A stretch of 62,316 bases of DNA, filler included, from an uncultured Gemmatimonadota bacterium (GCA_964490075.1; 3 parts of 3 records of this genome joined end to end with filler, not necessarily neighbours in it), one strand, 5' to 3'; positions 1 to 11,244 are shown, counted from the whole stretch's first letter. Translations and numbers: made by a program. The notes: generated by a model from the letters alone, not told the origin.

Positions 1-12
1 AACCGGAGCCAC

Positions 13-131
13 GACCGTATTCGCGCCGTAACTCGCGACTCTCGATCGAGAGTCGGGAGTTGTGACCAGAATCTGGCCGCAACCCTCAGCTCCTCGATCA
101 GAGTCGCGAGTTACGACCGGATTTCGGCCCT
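13..131. repeat. Short degenerate tandem repeat (about 51-52 bp period) containing palindromes
   Basis: Units begin gaccgtattcgcgccg (13), gaccagaatctggccg (65) and gaccggatttcggccc (116). There is a perfect 16-bp inverted repeat, cgtaactcgcgactct (27-42) / agagtcgcgagttacg (100-115). Confidence 0.6.
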
Positions 132-699
132 GATGCCGCGACGCCGGAGCGGAGCCCTCGTGCGGGTGTGGATTTCGGCTGCTCCGGGATCCGAGATCTC
201 GGCGCCGCGGACCTCCCGCCGGATGGGACGGCCAGAGCCCCCATCGGCAGCGGGCAAACGCCTCCCTTCACCAATCACCCGAGAGGCTCGACGGCCCCTA
301 CGGCTGTTGGAACGATCCACTCACGCACCAGGGTGAGCTCCGCCACGACTCCGGGGGCGGAAATCGGACGGAATCCCTGGAGCTCGCGATCGGACGATTG
401 CCTATGCCGCGGAACGCTGAGGTGCGCTGCGGCGGAGAGCGGGTCGTACAAGGTGCCGGTTCGGAGCATCGCGCAGCCGCGGGTGACAGGCGCGGCGCAT
501 GACCACCACCCGTCGCTTCCGGCTGGCACGGGCAAGGAACGTAGGATCTCGACGTCGCGCTCTTCGCTTTGCTCCCCAGGAATCGACTCCTCGCCATCGC
601 TCTCCGGAGTCTGCGCATCGCAAAGCGCGTCGAGCCGTTGGTGACACCGCCGGATCATCCCTGATCAGGGGCTCCAGCCAGGTTGGGAGAAACGGCGCA

Positions 700-842
700 G
701 GCAGGGGCAGGGGCACGCGAAGAGGTCCAGTCGAGACCGCCCCCCCAGCCGCGGAACGATCCCCGAAGGCCCGCGAACTCCCGTTGGGCCCGTGCTTCTT
801 CGCGCAGTGCGTCGCTCGAGAAGCGCTATTTCGAAACGCCAG
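700..842 (+). repeat. Dispersed ~143-bp structured intergenic repeat, copy 1
   Basis: Closely matches the reverse complement of 22110-22253 (ggcaggggcaggggcacgcgaagaggtccagtcgagaccgcccccc...cgtcgctcgaga.gcgcta..tcgaaacgccag). Confidence 0.9.
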
Positions 843-930
843 CGTCGCGATCGAGACGGGGGCAGGCAAGGCGGTCGTTTCGGGCGCCTGAGGCTGCTCA
901 GACCGCTAGCCGCGACGGCGGTGCGGGGCA

Positions 931-958
931 GTGGATTCCGGCTTTCGCCGGAATCCAC
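931..958 (-). terminator. REP-like perfect hairpin, possible terminator of the 1024-3585 gene
   Basis: gtggattccggc-tttc-gccggaatccac gives a 12-bp perfect stem with a GAAA loop on the minus strand, about 65 bp after the stop codon. There is no U-tract. Confidence 0.55.
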
Positions 959-1023
959 GCTTGCACGAGAGCCCGGTCCACGGGTACCCGCCCGTGAACA
1001 CGAGTTCGTGTCGCGGCCTCTTC

Positions 1024-3585
1024 TCAGTCGGCGACGACTTCGGTCACGAAGGAGTCGCTGGTGACTTGCAGCGCGTCGCGCAGCACCGAGAGGGTGGCCA
1101 GGTAGATCCCCGGGGTCGCTTCCGTAGGCGCCAGGCTGTAGACGGTGAAGGACATCGATTCGCCGGCCGGGATGGTGATCGATGGGCCGTCGTAGACATG
1201 GCGGATCCGGTAGTCGGGTCCGGCCTCCTCGAGGATCGCCTCGTCGAAGCTGAGATCAACCTCGGTGTCGTTGGTGCCGAGGACGGGGAGTGGGATGAGC
1301 TCGCCGCGCGGCACGTTCGCCGGGGGATCGACAAAGGTGACGCGCAGGTCGGCGACCTCTTGTTCGACGGGGCGGGGCGCCAGCACCCACTTCGGGTTGT
1401 CGTCCAGGCCGTCGACGGTCAGGACCTGGTCCTCGATGAAGTCCCAGGCCTCTTCGCCGCCCGGCTCGCCGGTGATCAGGGAGGCCGCGCAGGCGGCGAT
1501 CAGCGCGTAGCTGTGATCGACGTAGCGCAGGTCCTTCTCGAACTCGGCGAAGGTGTCGAACCAGGGCTCGAAGCCGGAGAAGGCGTCGCCCCAGGGGCTC
1601 GCGCGGTCGACCCCGAAGTACTCGGTGTCCTCCTCGCGGGCGATGGGACAGCGGTAGGAGCCGATCAGGTAGGGGTCGTAATCGGGATCGGTGAGCTGAC
1701 CGATCAGGTTTTCGGCCAACCAGGAGACCAGGGCGTCGGTCGGGAAGCCGAGCTCGCGGGCACGTCCCAGCGACGAGAGGATCATGCTGAACTGCCAGGG
1801 CTCGTGGGCCAGCAGCACGCGCTCGGCGCTCATGCAGCAAGTCCAGCCGTTGGCCTTGCCGGTGGTGCCGATATCCCAGTGGTGCAGCAGCGGCGGGCCG
1901 CGGTGTCCGGCGTAGCCGCTATCCCAGCGCTGACCGCCGATGTCGTAGCCCCAGCTCCAGTTGAGATCGCCTTCGAACTGGGTGCCGTAGATCTCGCGCT
2001 CCCCCTCCCAGACGGCGATCGCATCCTCGACCAGGCGCGTGAAGTAGGCGCGCTCCGGGCTGTCGTCGGGAGAGAAGGTGGCGGCGCGCGCGCGGCTGCG
2101 GAAGGTCCAGGCCTGCCCGCGCACTTGAGTGGCGCCGTAGCCGCCCTCGGCGCCGGTCGGCCCGCGGCCCCAGAACCTGCTGGTGGCGGGACCGTCGCCG
2201 TCGGCGGCGCTCCACGCGGCCCAGAACTGCAGCTCCTCAAGATACCAGAAGTCGCCGGTGAGGAGGTACTGCGGCGCGAAGGGATCGGGCTGGTGAGCCT
2301 TGTCGGGCTTCCAGCCACCGTCACTGGTCGCGCCGACCGGAACGACCCGATCCTGGTTGTCGGTGTTGTTCCAGTCGAGGCGGGTGATCCAGAAGGTGGG
2401 ACGGTCGCTGATGGAGATCGGCAGACCGATGCCCGGAACGGATCGCTCCAGGTCGAAGAACTTGCTCGCCAAGCCCTCGCGCATGTGCATCGGCCAGGCC
2501 GCGGCCAGGTCGGCGTTGCCGAACGCCTTCTCCTGCATGCGGGGATCGCCGCTGAAGAGCCAACGCACGGTCCAGGTCGGATAGGGACCGATGTCGGGCC
2601 GGCCGCCGGCGGCGTGCATCGCCTTGGTCCAGTTGCCGGTATCGTAGAGATCGTGCCCGCGGCTGGTCCAGGAGTCGTAGGCGTCCTGGATCCCGTACTC
2701 CGAGATGACGCGCTCGACGTCGTAGTAGGGAACGAGGCGGGTCTCGCGCAGATAGGCGAGGTTGTGGTCGATGCTGATTTCGCTCGGCTCGCCGCCGATC
2801 CAGAGCTCCTTGGTCCAGCGCGAGAGCGCGGTGTGGGTAAAGGTCGAGTGCTCGTAGACCAGCTCGGGGGACAGATCCCCGAGCCGCAACTCCAGCGAAT
2901 ACTGCAGGTCTTGCAGCGCTTCTGAGTTGGAGATCTCACCGATGTAGCGCACCCGCACCTTGCCGATCGCCGGCCAGAAAGTGGCGTGGAAGATCGGTCG
3001 GAACGAGCGATGGGAATCGAAGCCGAGATCGAAGACCCGGTCCTCGGAGTGATCGGCGATGATCGCCGTCGATGCGACGACGCCGTCGGTCCACATGGTG
3101 TAGGCATCGGCCTCGAGCATGTCGCGGGCGCTGGCGGTCTGCTTGCTGGCTCCAGAGAGCTCGATGGTGGCATCGAAGTCGAACCCGGGCGCCAGCATCG
3201 CGGACTTGGACATGCCCGGTGTGTTGTTACCGTTCAGATCGTTGCGAAAGGAAACTGTCGCAGCCTGGTATGCCGCCAGCTCCGGAACGAGGAAGCTCAG
3301 GACCGCGTGCTTGACGCTGCCGTCGTCCCAACGTGACTTCACGTCGGCCTGGGTTTCGGCCGGCGTTCCGTCGACCAGGACTTGAGGGAAGTGGGGAATT
3401 TCGCCCTGCACGAAGGGCCGGCCGATCTGCACGGGATACAGAATGGTCGACACGCCGGCTTGTTCGGTGATCGTGATCTGGTTGGGGACCTCGGTGGCGA
3501 GCGCCGGCGGGCAGGCGATCGATGCCAATGCCGCGGCCAGGGTCGCCGAGCACAATAGAGGGGAGGGACTGGTACTGTGGGCCAT
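1024..3585 (-). CDS. Secreted protein of unknown function (possibly YetA/PcRGLX-like) with a C-terminal Ig-like domain
   Basis: 853-aa ORF with a signal peptide (..ACPPALA) and motifs TQADVKSRWDDGSVKHAVLSF, GGRPDIGPYPTW, PDKAHQPDP, WYLEELQFW, QVRGQAW. It is a paralog of 3820-6033. The family assignment is inference. Confidence 0.85.
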   Translation of the reverse strand: MAHSTSPSPLLCSATLAAALASIACPPALATEVPNQITITEQAGVSTILYPVQIGRPFVQGEIPHFPQVLVDGTPAETQADVKSRWDDGSVKHAVLSFLVPELAAYQAATVSFRNDLNGNNTPGMSKSAMLAPGFDFDATIELSGASKQTASARDMLEADAYTMWTDGVVASTAIIADHSEDRVFDLGFDSHRSFRPIFHATFWPAIGKVRVRYIGEISNSEALQDLQYSLELRLGDLSPELVYEHSTFTHTALSRWTKELWIGGEPSEISIDHNLAYLRETRLVPYYDVERVISEYGIQDAYDSWTSRGHDLYDTGNWTKAMHAAGGRPDIGPYPTWTVRWLFSGDPRMQEKAFGNADLAAAWPMHMREGLASKFFDLERSVPGIGLPISISDRPTFWITRLDWNNTDNQDRVVPVGATSDGGWKPDKAHQPDPFAPQYLLTGDFWYLEELQFWAAWSAADGDGPATSRFWGRGPTGAEGGYGATQVRGQAWTFRSRARAATFSPDDSPERAYFTRLVEDAIAVWEGEREIYGTQFEGDLNWSWGYDIGGQRWDSGYAGHRGPPLLHHWDIGTTGKANGWTCCMSAERVLLAHEPWQFSMILSSLGRARELGFPTDALVSWLAENLIGQLTDPDYDPYLIGSYRCPIAREEDTEYFGVDRASPWGDAFSGFEPWFDTFAEFEKDLRYVDHSYALIAACAASLITGEPGGEEAWDFIEDQVLTVDGLDDNPKWVLAPRPVEQEVADLRVTFVDPPANVPRGELIPLPVLGTNDTEVDLSFDEAILEEAGPDYRIRHVYDGPSITIPAGESMSFTVYSLAPTEATPGIYLATLSVLRDALQVTSDSFVTEVVAD

Positions 3586-3819
3586 CAGGGATCCTTCAGG
3601 AACAAGAGCTGGAGCACAACCCGGAGGCTGCGCGATCTGCCGCCCGAGGCCGCTCCCACTCGGCCAACGACGGATTTGCGCCTTCCTCTGATTTTTCGGC
3701 CTCGACGAGCCAACGCTTGAGCGGTCGATCGACCGCGGCCTGCGCGAATTTCGATCAGCGCAACAGATCGCCGCCGGCGCGAGCCGCGGGGCGACGCGAA
3801 GCCCTTGCGCAACAGACTT

Positions 3820-6033
3820 CTAAGGAGTCGCGTTCCGGGAAGGAAGGGCGGCCAAAGGGGCGCGCGGAACGATGGCCCACTTGGGGTTGCTGGCGAAGGG
3901 GGCGGCCGTGCGGATGTTTTGCTCGACGAAACGCCAGGCCCGATCGGCGCGCGGCAGATCCCTCAACTGCGCCGCCGCGCTCATCGCCATCAGCGCGTAG
4001 CCGTGTTCGACATCGCGGACATTTTGTTCAAAAAAGACGCATGCATCAAATCGCGGAGCGTAAGCGGAGCGCACATCGGCCCACGGGTGCGCGCGCCCTT
4101 GTCCAAAATAGTTGTTGTCGGTTTCGCGCACCACCGGGTTGCGATAGGCGGCAACCAGGCAGGGATCGAAGTCGGGATCGGTGAGCTGGTCGATCAGGTT
4201 GGTGCCGAGCCAGGCGATGAGCGCATCGGTGGCAAAGCCGAGGTCGCGCGCATGACCCAGCGCAAAGAGCAACATATGGGGCTGCCACGGCTCGTGGGCG
4301 TAGCGCACCCGTTCGGCGCTCAGGCAACAGGTCCAGGAGTCGGCCTTGTGGCGGGTTCCGAGAGCCCACTGGTGCAGAGGGGGGGGATGCGCGGCGCCGC
4401 GTTGGCCGTGGTCCCAGCGCATGCGGCCGATCTTCTCGCCCCACTTCCACAGGCGCGTGCCGTGTCGCGGCGTGCCGCGGATCTCACGCTCGCCCTCCCA
4501 GATGGCGATGGCGTCCTCCGTCAGGCGCGCGAAGTAGGCTCGCTCCGGGCTCTCGTCGGGGGCCAGGGCGGCCGCCCGCACCCGGTTGCGCAGCACCCAG
4601 GCCTGCCCGCGCACCTGGGTGTCGCCGAAGCCGCCCTCGGCGCCGCTCGGGCCGCGGCCCCAGAAGCGTTCGACAGCCGCCCCGTTGCCGTCGGCCGCGC
4701 CCCATGCGGCCCAGAAGAGCAGCTCCTCCAGGTACCAGTAGTCGCCGCTGAGCAGATACTGCAGGGAGACCGGATCGGGCTGATGGGCCTTGTCGGGGCG
4801 CCAGCCACCGGCGCTGACGGGCCCGACGGGAGCGATGCGATCGGCGGCGCGGGTCGGCTCCCAGCCGAGGCGTGAGATCCACAGGGTCGGGCGCTCGCTG
4901 ATCGAGATCGGTCGGCCGAGCCCGGCGATCTCGTGCTCGCGCTCGAGGTGCTTGGCCGGGTCCCCTTCCCGGAAGTGAATCGGCCAGGCGGCCGACAGAT
5001 CGGCGTTGCCGAAGGCCGCGGCCTCCGCGCGCGGATCCCCGGTGTAGAGCCAGAGCACGCTCCAGGTCGGGTAGGGACCGATCTCGGGACGCCCCCCGGC
5101 GGCCGGCATCGCCTTGGTCCAGTTGCCGGCGCCGTAGAGATCGCGGTCGGCGGCGCGCCAGGCTCGATCGAGCTTGGCGATGGCCGCCTCGTCGACCTCG
5201 ATCGCGGAATCGTAGGAGGGCAGCAGCGGAGTCCGGACCAGGTACGAGAGGTTGTGGTCGATGGCGACCGCGGGAGGCGCGCCGCCGAACCAGGCGACCC
5301 GGGTCCAGCGAGTGGCGGCGCTGTGGCGCAGCCCCTCGAGCCGCTGGACCGGCTCCCCTCCGCCGGACCCCAGGCGCAGCGCTAGCGAGTAGTCGAGATC
5401 CTGGAGCGCTTCCGTGTTGGCGACCTCGCCGATGAAGCGCACTCGGATGCGGCCGGTGCCGTGCCAGAGTGTGAGGTGGAAGATCGGGCGGAAGGAGCGG
5501 TGGTGGTCGAAGCCGAGGTCGAAGGGGCGGCGCGCGGAGTGGTCGGCGGCGATCAGGGTGGTGGCGATCGGGCCGTGGGTCCAGCGCGAGAAGACGCCCG
5601 CGTCGAGCATGGCGCGAGCGGAGGCGCTCAGGGTGTCGGGGCCGGCGGCGATCTCGATCAGGGCGTCGAACTCGGGCCATTCAGCCAGATGGGAGGAGGT
5701 GGGGGACGGAGATGCGGCCGAGGTCCCTCCACCGTCGACGAAGTGGACCTGGGCGGCGCGGCCGGGCTCGAGAGGCGGCAGCAGAAAGCTCAAGATCGCG
5801 TGGCGCGCGCTGCCGTCCTCCCAACGACTCTTGACGTCGGCCTGGGTGGGGATTTGAGTCCCTTCGACGAGCGCCACCGGCAGACCCGCGATCTCCCCGC
5901 GGACGAAGGGGCGGGCGATCTGGATCGGGATCGGCTCGCGCCCGGGGTCCTCGAGAGAACGGATGGTGATCGTGTTGGCGGGGAGCTCGAGGGCGAGAGC
6001 GGGCACCGCCGCGAGGAATGCGAGGGAGAGCAC
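3820..6033 (-). CDS. Secreted protein, paralog of 1024-3585, lacking the C-terminal domain
   Basis: Carries the same motifs. The GTG start at 6033 overlaps the kinase stop (TAGTG) and is followed by a signal-like LSLAFLAAVPALA. Confidence 0.85.
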   Translation of the reverse strand: MLSLAFLAAVPALALELPANTITIRSLEDPGREPIPIQIARPFVRGEIAGLPVALVEGTQIPTQADVKSRWEDGSARHAILSFLLPPLEPGRAAQVHFVDGGGTSAASPSPTSSHLAEWPEFDALIEIAAGPDTLSASARAMLDAGVFSRWTHGPIATTLIAADHSARRPFDLGFDHHRSFRPIFHLTLWHGTGRIRVRFIGEVANTEALQDLDYSLALRLGSGGGEPVQRLEGLRHSAATRWTRVAWFGGAPPAVAIDHNLSYLVRTPLLPSYDSAIEVDEAAIAKLDRAWRAADRDLYGAGNWTKAMPAAGGRPEIGPYPTWSVLWLYTGDPRAEAAAFGNADLSAAWPIHFREGDPAKHLEREHEIAGLGRPISISERPTLWISRLGWEPTRAADRIAPVGPVSAGGWRPDKAHQPDPVSLQYLLSGDYWYLEELLFWAAWGAADGNGAAVERFWGRGPSGAEGGFGDTQVRGQAWVLRNRVRAAALAPDESPERAYFARLTEDAIAIWEGEREIRGTPRHGTRLWKWGEKIGRMRWDHGQRGAAHPPPLHQWALGTRHKADSWTCCLSAERVRYAHEPWQPHMLLFALGHARDLGFATDALIAWLGTNLIDQLTDPDFDPCLVAAYRNPVVRETDNNYFGQGRAHPWADVRSAYAPRFDACVFFEQNVRDVEHGYALMAMSAAAQLRDLPRADRAWRFVEQNIRTAAPFASNPKWAIVPRAPLAALPSRNATP

Positions 6034-8726
6034 TATCGAGCCGCCAGCCAGCGCCCCAGGACCTCGCGGATTTCGTTGCTCGTGAAAGGCTTGGAGATGT
6101 AGTCGTCCATTCCCGCGGCCAGGCAGTCGGTGCGGTCCTGCTCCATCGCATGGGCCGTCATGGCGACGATCGGGATTCGGCAACCCTCGTCTTCGGAGCT
6201 GCGGATGCGCCGCGTCGCCTCGTAGCCGTCCATCACCGGCATCTGGCAGTCCATCAGGACCAGGTCGAAGGGATCCCTGCCGAGCGCGGCAACCGCCTGC
6301 GCACCGTTCTCGACCACCTCGACGCGGTGGCCGAGCTGTTCGATCATGCGGACCGCCACCCGGCGGTTCACAGGGTTGTCCTCGACCACCAGGACCGCGC
6401 TGGGAGCGCGATCGCTGCGTGCCGCTCGATCACCGGTGGCGATGTGCCGGTCCAATCCGACCGCCGCCCGGATGCAGACGAAGGTCTGCATCGTCCGCAA
6501 GGGCTTGGCCAGATAGGCCTGGAACCCGGCTTGCTCCGCCTCCACGAAGTCGCTCTTGCGCACCACGGCCGACATCAGAACCATGGGAAGATCGGGGACC
6601 GTCTCGTCGTCGCGGATCATCCGTCCGAGCTCGATGCCCGATGTGCCCGGAAGGTCGCGCGTTACCAGGACCACCAAGAAAGGGTCGCCTTCCCTGGCTC
6701 CATCCGCGAGCGCCTGCAGCGCCTGGCGCGCGTCGGTGGCGACCGAGATGCGCACCCCCCAGCGCTGCATGAGCCGCTCGCTGAGCGCTTGCTGGGCGGG
6801 GTCGCTTTCGACCAGGAGAAGACGTACCCCCTCCAGTCCCTCGACTCTTTCCGATTCGGATTCTCGATCGACCGCGACCCGCCCCAGGGGCACCCTGAAC
6901 CAGAAGCGGCTGCCGCGGCCCCGGTGGCTCTCCACTCCGATGCTCCCCTGCATCATTTCGACGAGTCGGCGACAGATCGCCAATCCCAGGCCCGTCCCTC
7001 CATACTCCCTCGTCATCGAGCGGTCGGTCTGCACGAAAGGCTCGAAGAGCCCCCGTAGCTTCTCCTCCTCGATGCCGATCCCGGTGTCTTGCACCGAGAA
7101 CTCGATGTCGACCTCATTGTCGCTTTCTTCCACCACCGTGACTTCGAGCTGAACCCAACCCTGGTGGGTGAACTTGAGGGCGTTGCCGAGGAGATTCAGG
7201 AGAACCTGGCGCAGGCGATTTCGATCCCCGCGCACCCGCGTCGGCAGATCCGGAGCAAACGACGATTTCAGCTCAAGCCTCTTCTGCAATGCCTGCGACG
7301 ATACCAATGCAATCACGTCGCCGACCGAGGGAGCGAGATCGAAATCAGCCTCATCGATTTCCAGCCTGCCGGCTTCGATCTTGGAGAAGTCCAGAACATC
7401 GTTGAGCACCGCGAGCAACGCCTCGCCGGAGGTGCGAATGGTCTCGACGCAATCGCGCTGTTGTGCCGTCAAATCGGCGTCCAGCAACAGATCGGCCATG
7501 CCGATCACGCCGTTCAGGGGTGTACGCACCTCGTGGCTCATGATCGCCAGGAACTCGCTCTTGGCGCGATCGGCGGCCTGGGCCTCGTCTCGAGCCCGCT
7601 CGAGCAGCTCGTGCTGTTTCGATATCTCTCGATTGGCTGCCGCAAGGCGCACGTTTTCGAGCTGGTAGATCTCGATCTTGTAGCGAGCCTCCGCGTCGCT
7701 GAAGAGCCGAGCCTTCTCCTCGTCGAGAAGCCGCTCGCCCAACTCCTGCGAGCGATTCGAAGCAGCCAGGGCTTCTTTGTAGCGCCCCTGTTCTTCGTAG
7801 ACGGCCGCCAGGCGTTTGCAGCAGTGGCGTTGCTCATAGGGCAGCTCGCGGGCATCGGCAATGGACAGAGCGCGCTCCGCGGCATCGGCCGCGGCGTCGA
7901 GATCTCCCAGCCCCTGGAGCGCGGCGCTACAGGCACGGTGTGCGCAGAGATCGCCCATTGGGTTATCGATCGAACGGTTCACTCGAACCGCCCGTTGCGA
8001 GAAGCGCAGCGCACGAGCGAATTCCTGCTGCTCGATCAATGCCTGCGCGATGTTGTTCAGGGCCCGCGAAACGGCCGATCTGCTGCCGCTCCTGCGCGCG
8101 TGGATGAGCGATCTGCGGAGCTGCCCGAGCGCCTCGGAGCGGGAGCCTTTCTCCATGAGAAGCACGCCCGCGTTGTTGCAGGCCGAGGCGATCCGCACCG
8201 GATCACCCGACGCTTCGGACCATTCGACGACCCGCTCGTGGTAACCGATCGCCCGGTCGACATCGCCGAGTCGATAGTGAATATGCCCGAGGTGATTCAA
8301 GGTGGCGGTGGGATCGATGTCGCCCCCCGCCTCTTCGGTGAGCTTGAGCGCCTCCATGCAAGTCTTCATGCCGCTGAGGTAATCGCCCGCCAGAGTCTGG
8401 GCGCTCGCCAGTCCATTGAGGGCGCGAATGGTCGTGCAAGGGTCGTTCTCGCGACGAGCGATCTCCAGTCCCTGGCGCATCGCGCTCTCGGCGGCGGGCA
8501 GATTGGACTCTTCGATCCCCACTCGTCCCATCTGGATGCGGGCCGCCGCCTCCAAGAGCGGGTCGCCGACCTCCGTTGCGAGCGCGAGCGCCTCCTCGAG
8601 CAGCTTCGCCGCGCTCGCTGCATCGGTGCTCACTCGGCGCCCGGCCAAGCGCGTGAGCAGCTTCACACGATCTCGGCCCTCGGCCTTCTCGAGATCTCGC
8701 TCCAGCTCTTCGCTCTTCTCGTTCAT
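6033..8726 (-). CDS. Cytoplasmic hybrid histidine kinase with N-terminal TPR repeats and two receiver domains
   Basis: TPR-like helices ([25 protein letters not shown]); H-box [34 protein letters not shown]-terminal receiver [10 protein letters not shown]. Start placed at MNEKSEE. Confidence 0.93.
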   Translation of the reverse strand: MNEKSEELERDLEKAEGRDRVKLLTRLAGRRVSTDAASAAKLLEEALALATEVGDPLLEAAARIQMGRVGIEESNLPAAESAMRQGLEIARRENDPCTTIRALNGLASAQTLAGDYLSGMKTCMEALKLTEEAGGDIDPTATLNHLGHIHYRLGDVDRAIGYHERVVEWSEASGDPVRIASACNNAGVLLMEKGSRSEALGQLRRSLIHARRSGSRSAVSRALNNIAQALIEQQEFARALRFSQRAVRVNRSIDNPMGDLCAHRACSAALQGLGDLDAAADAAERALSIADARELPYEQRHCCKRLAAVYEEQGRYKEALAASNRSQELGERLLDEEKARLFSDAEARYKIEIYQLENVRLAAANREISKQHELLERARDEAQAADRAKSEFLAIMSHEVRTPLNGVIGMADLLLDADLTAQQRDCVETIRTSGEALLAVLNDVLDFSKIEAGRLEIDEADFDLAPSVGDVIALVSSQALQKRLELKSSFAPDLPTRVRGDRNRLRQVLLNLLGNALKFTHQGWVQLEVTVVEESDNEVDIEFSVQDTGIGIEEEKLRGLFEPFVQTDRSMTREYGGTGLGLAICRRLVEMMQGSIGVESHRGRGSRFWFRVPLGRVAVDRESESERVEGLEGVRLLLVESDPAQQALSERLMQRWGVRISVATDARQALQALADGAREGDPFLVVLVTRDLPGTSGIELGRMIRDDETVPDLPMVLMSAVVRKSDFVEAEQAGFQAYLAKPLRTMQTFVCIRAAVGLDRHIATGDRAARSDRAPSAVLVVEDNPVNRRVAVRMIEQLGHRVEVVENGAQAVAALGRDPFDLVLMDCQMPVMDGYEATRRIRSSEDEGCRIPIVAMTAHAMEQDRTDCLAAGMDDYISKPFTSNEIREVLGRWLAAR

Positions 8727-8873
8727 GGTTGGTCTCGGTGGGCGCAAACGTCTCACCAACGTGGGGACCGGGTCGGGGGAGAGTGTAGGCGAGGCGGGTG
8801 CCGCCCAGCGGCAGGAACACCGGGACCGCGCCCGGCTTCGATGCGTAGAATGCGGCCGATCCAAGAAGACGCC

Positions 8874-10850
8874 ATGGCTTCAAACACAGAACCGAAAGCC
8901 GATCACGACCGGCCGCGCAGGACCGGAATCGTCCGGGCGATGGTGCTCTGCACCACCGCCGGAGGCGCGGTTGGGGCGGTGCAGGCGCTGTGCCTGGCGA
9001 CGATAGTCGCCGCGGCCGGCGCAGAGGAGGGACGCGATCTGGGTGTCGTGGCGCCTTTTCTCGGCGCGTCCACGGCACTACACGGCGCCGTCGCCGCGCT
9101 GGCCGCGCCCGGACTGTGGGCGCTTGCACGGGTGCCGCGCCTCCAGCTGGCCCCCATGCGCCTGATGGCGCCGATCGTGGTGGGTACGATGGTGGCCGGC
9201 GGCGGGGTGCTGGAGGTCAACCTCGGGCGCTGGGATCGCAGCCCCTTCTCGGCCGATGCCCTGCTCTGGGACCTCGGAGCGGTGGCTCTGGGCTTGGCCT
9301 GTGCCGGCGCCGTCGCGGGCTTCGCGCGAATCTGGCGGCGGCGAAGATCTCGCCCCCTGGTCGCCCCGGCAGCGGCGCTGACCGGAATCATGGCTCTGGG
9401 CCTGGTCGCCGGGCGATTCTCTGGGCAGGACGCGCGCGTTGCGACCGATCGACGTCCCAACCTGCTCTTTCTGGCGGTCGACACGCTGCGCGCCGACCAC
9501 CTTTCCTGCTACGGCTATGAGCGTCCCACGAGCCCGCACATCGATTCCTTGGCCGCGCAGGGCGCGATCTTCTCGCAAGCCGCGGCTCATTCCTCGGCCA
9601 CCGGTCCGAGCCACGCCAGTCTCTTGACCTCGACCCCTCTGATCGACCATGGAGTGCTGCGCAACGGCGATCGACTCGGTGCGCGGCGGGTCTCTCTGGC
9701 CGAGGTGCTGCGCGCCCACGGCTACGCATGCGCCGGCTTCTCGACCAACGGCGTGATCGGACTCGACGCGGCCTTCGACCAGGGCTTCCAGAGCTACTTC
9801 GCCAGCCGGTCGAAGCACGCGATTCACGAATGGGACGCGGGCAAGTCGGATCCTGCTCAGTGGCTGCTGCGCCTGCCCTTGCCCAAGCTGCTGCGGCGCT
9901 GGCGCGGCGGCGACGTGGTCACCGATGCCGCGGTCTCGTGGCTGCGGCGCAGAGGCGCGGAGGGGCCTTTCTTCCTGTGGGTGCAGTGGCTCGATCCGCA
10001 CAGTCCCTACGAGCCCGGCGCGGCCCATCGGGGGCGCTTCTCCGATTCCGCTCTCCAGGGCCAGATCGACGGGTCGCACGCCACTCTGGAGACGGTGCGG
10101 AAGCGGGAACGGATCCCGGCCGCCGAAGAGATCGAGCAGCTGGTCGCGCTCTACGACGAGGAGATCGCACAGGTCGACGCCGAGATCGGCCGGATGCTGG
10201 AGGTGCTCGAGGAGCAAGGGCTGAGGGAGTCGACCATGGTCGTGCTGTGGGCCGACCACGGCGAAAATATGTACCAGCATCACGCGGCGCACGGCGCCGA
10301 TTCCGCCAGCGGCGGCAACGCTTTCTTCCACTCGCGCCAGCTCTACGAATCGCTGCTGCGAGTCCCTTTAATCGTGCGCTGGCCGCGGCGGATCCCCGCC
10401 GGACGGCGGATCGACGCACCGGTCGCGACGGTCGACATCGCCCCCACCGTGCTCGACCTGCTCGAGCTGCCGCCCGCGCCCACCTTCACCGGAGTGTCGG
10501 TCGCAGCCGCGCTGCCGGCGGACGGCCAGACGCCGGCGCGCGCACCGATCGCCGAGCTCTACCACCTCGACACCAAGAGCGTGGCGATCCGTCACGCATC
10601 CTGGAAGCTGATCCGCAGCTGGACCTCTGGGGGAGTGCGCGACGAGTTCTACGATCTCGAGAACGATCCGCAAGAGCTCCACGATCTCGCCGGCACCGGC
10701 CTGGCCGCGGAAGCCGCCCTGGCCGACTCGCTGCGCGCCTGGGGCGACGCGCACGGGCTCGGGGGGTTCTTGCGGAAAGAGATCTCGGGATCCGACGCGG
10801 TGCCCGATCGCGAGCTCCGGGGGATGCTGGAGGCGTTGGGATACCTCTAG
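8874..10850 (+). CDS. Membrane-anchored sulfatase-like hydrolase/transferase (alkaline phosphatase superfamily)
   Basis: About five N-terminal TM segments, then [38 protein letters not shown] and YDLENDPQE. Confidence 0.9.
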   Translation: MASNTEPKADHDRPRRTGIVRAMVLCTTAGGAVGAVQALCLATIVAAAGAEEGRDLGVVAPFLGASTALHGAVAALAAPGLWALARVPRLQLAPMRLMAPIVVGTMVAGGGVLEVNLGRWDRSPFSADALLWDLGAVALGLACAGAVAGFARIWRRRRSRPLVAPAAALTGIMALGLVAGRFSGQDARVATDRRPNLLFLAVDTLRADHLSCYGYERPTSPHIDSLAAQGAIFSQAAAHSSATGPSHASLLTSTPLIDHGVLRNGDRLGARRVSLAEVLRAHGYACAGFSTNGVIGLDAAFDQGFQSYFASRSKHAIHEWDAGKSDPAQWLLRLPLPKLLRRWRGGDVVTDAAVSWLRRRGAEGPFFLWVQWLDPHSPYEPGAAHRGRFSDSALQGQIDGSHATLETVRKRERIPAAEEIEQLVALYDEEIAQVDAEIGRMLEVLEEQGLRESTMVVLWADHGENMYQHHAAHGADSASGGNAFFHSRQLYESLLRVPLIVRWPRRIPAGRRIDAPVATVDIAPTVLDLLELPPAPTFTGVSVAAALPADGQTPARAPIAELYHLDTKSVAIRHASWKLIRSWTSGGVRDEFYDLENDPQELHDLAGTGLAAEAALADSLRAWGDAHGLGGFLRKEISGSDAVPDRELRGMLEALGYL

Positions 10851-10860
10851 CCCCAGTCAC

Positions 10861-11244
10861 TCAGATGATCAGAATCACGCCCGAGAGCGTGCACGGATCG
10901 GCATCGACGACCTGCAAGTACACGTTTCCGCACACCCACGCCGGCACGTTCAGGGAGATCGTCACATTTCCGAAGGCATCGGTCTCTTCGTACGAGTAGA
11001 GCGTGGCGCTGTTGTCCAGTCCCATCACCAACCCGCTGCACGGGTAGCCGCCAGGAATCACGAAGCTCCCCAGACCGAAGGCATAGACGTAGGCGACCCG
11101 GCTGTTGGGCGTCGCTCCCGTTACCTCGAAGTCCATCAGACCGGGACAACTGCCTACCGGTGTGAGCGTTACCGCTTCGGCCGGTAGAGTTGTCGAGGAC
11201 AGAAGGAAAGCCAAGAGCCCAAGGAGCGAGTTTCGGCGATTCAT
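10861..11244 (-). CDS. Small secreted Cys-containing protein (127 aa), a stand-alone homolog of the S8 peptidase C-terminal domain
   Basis: SD-like GAGGAG upstream; signal peptide MNRRNSLLGLLAFLLSSTTLPAEA; mature part GSCPG..GATP..C..VP..C..LQVVD..C..S.V aligns by eye to the C-terminus of 13521-15347. Confidence 0.8.
   Translation of the reverse strand: MNRRNSLLGLLAFLLSSTTLPAEAVTLTPVGSCPGLMDFEVTGATPNSRVAYVYAFGLGSFVIPGGYPCSGLVMGLDNSATLYSYEETDAFGNVTISLNVPAWVCGNVYLQVVDADPCTLSGVILII

Noticed and set aside
111-690. Small ORFs or a structured RNA in the first intergenic region
   Set aside because: No recognisable protein or RNA motif, so nothing can be supported by eye.
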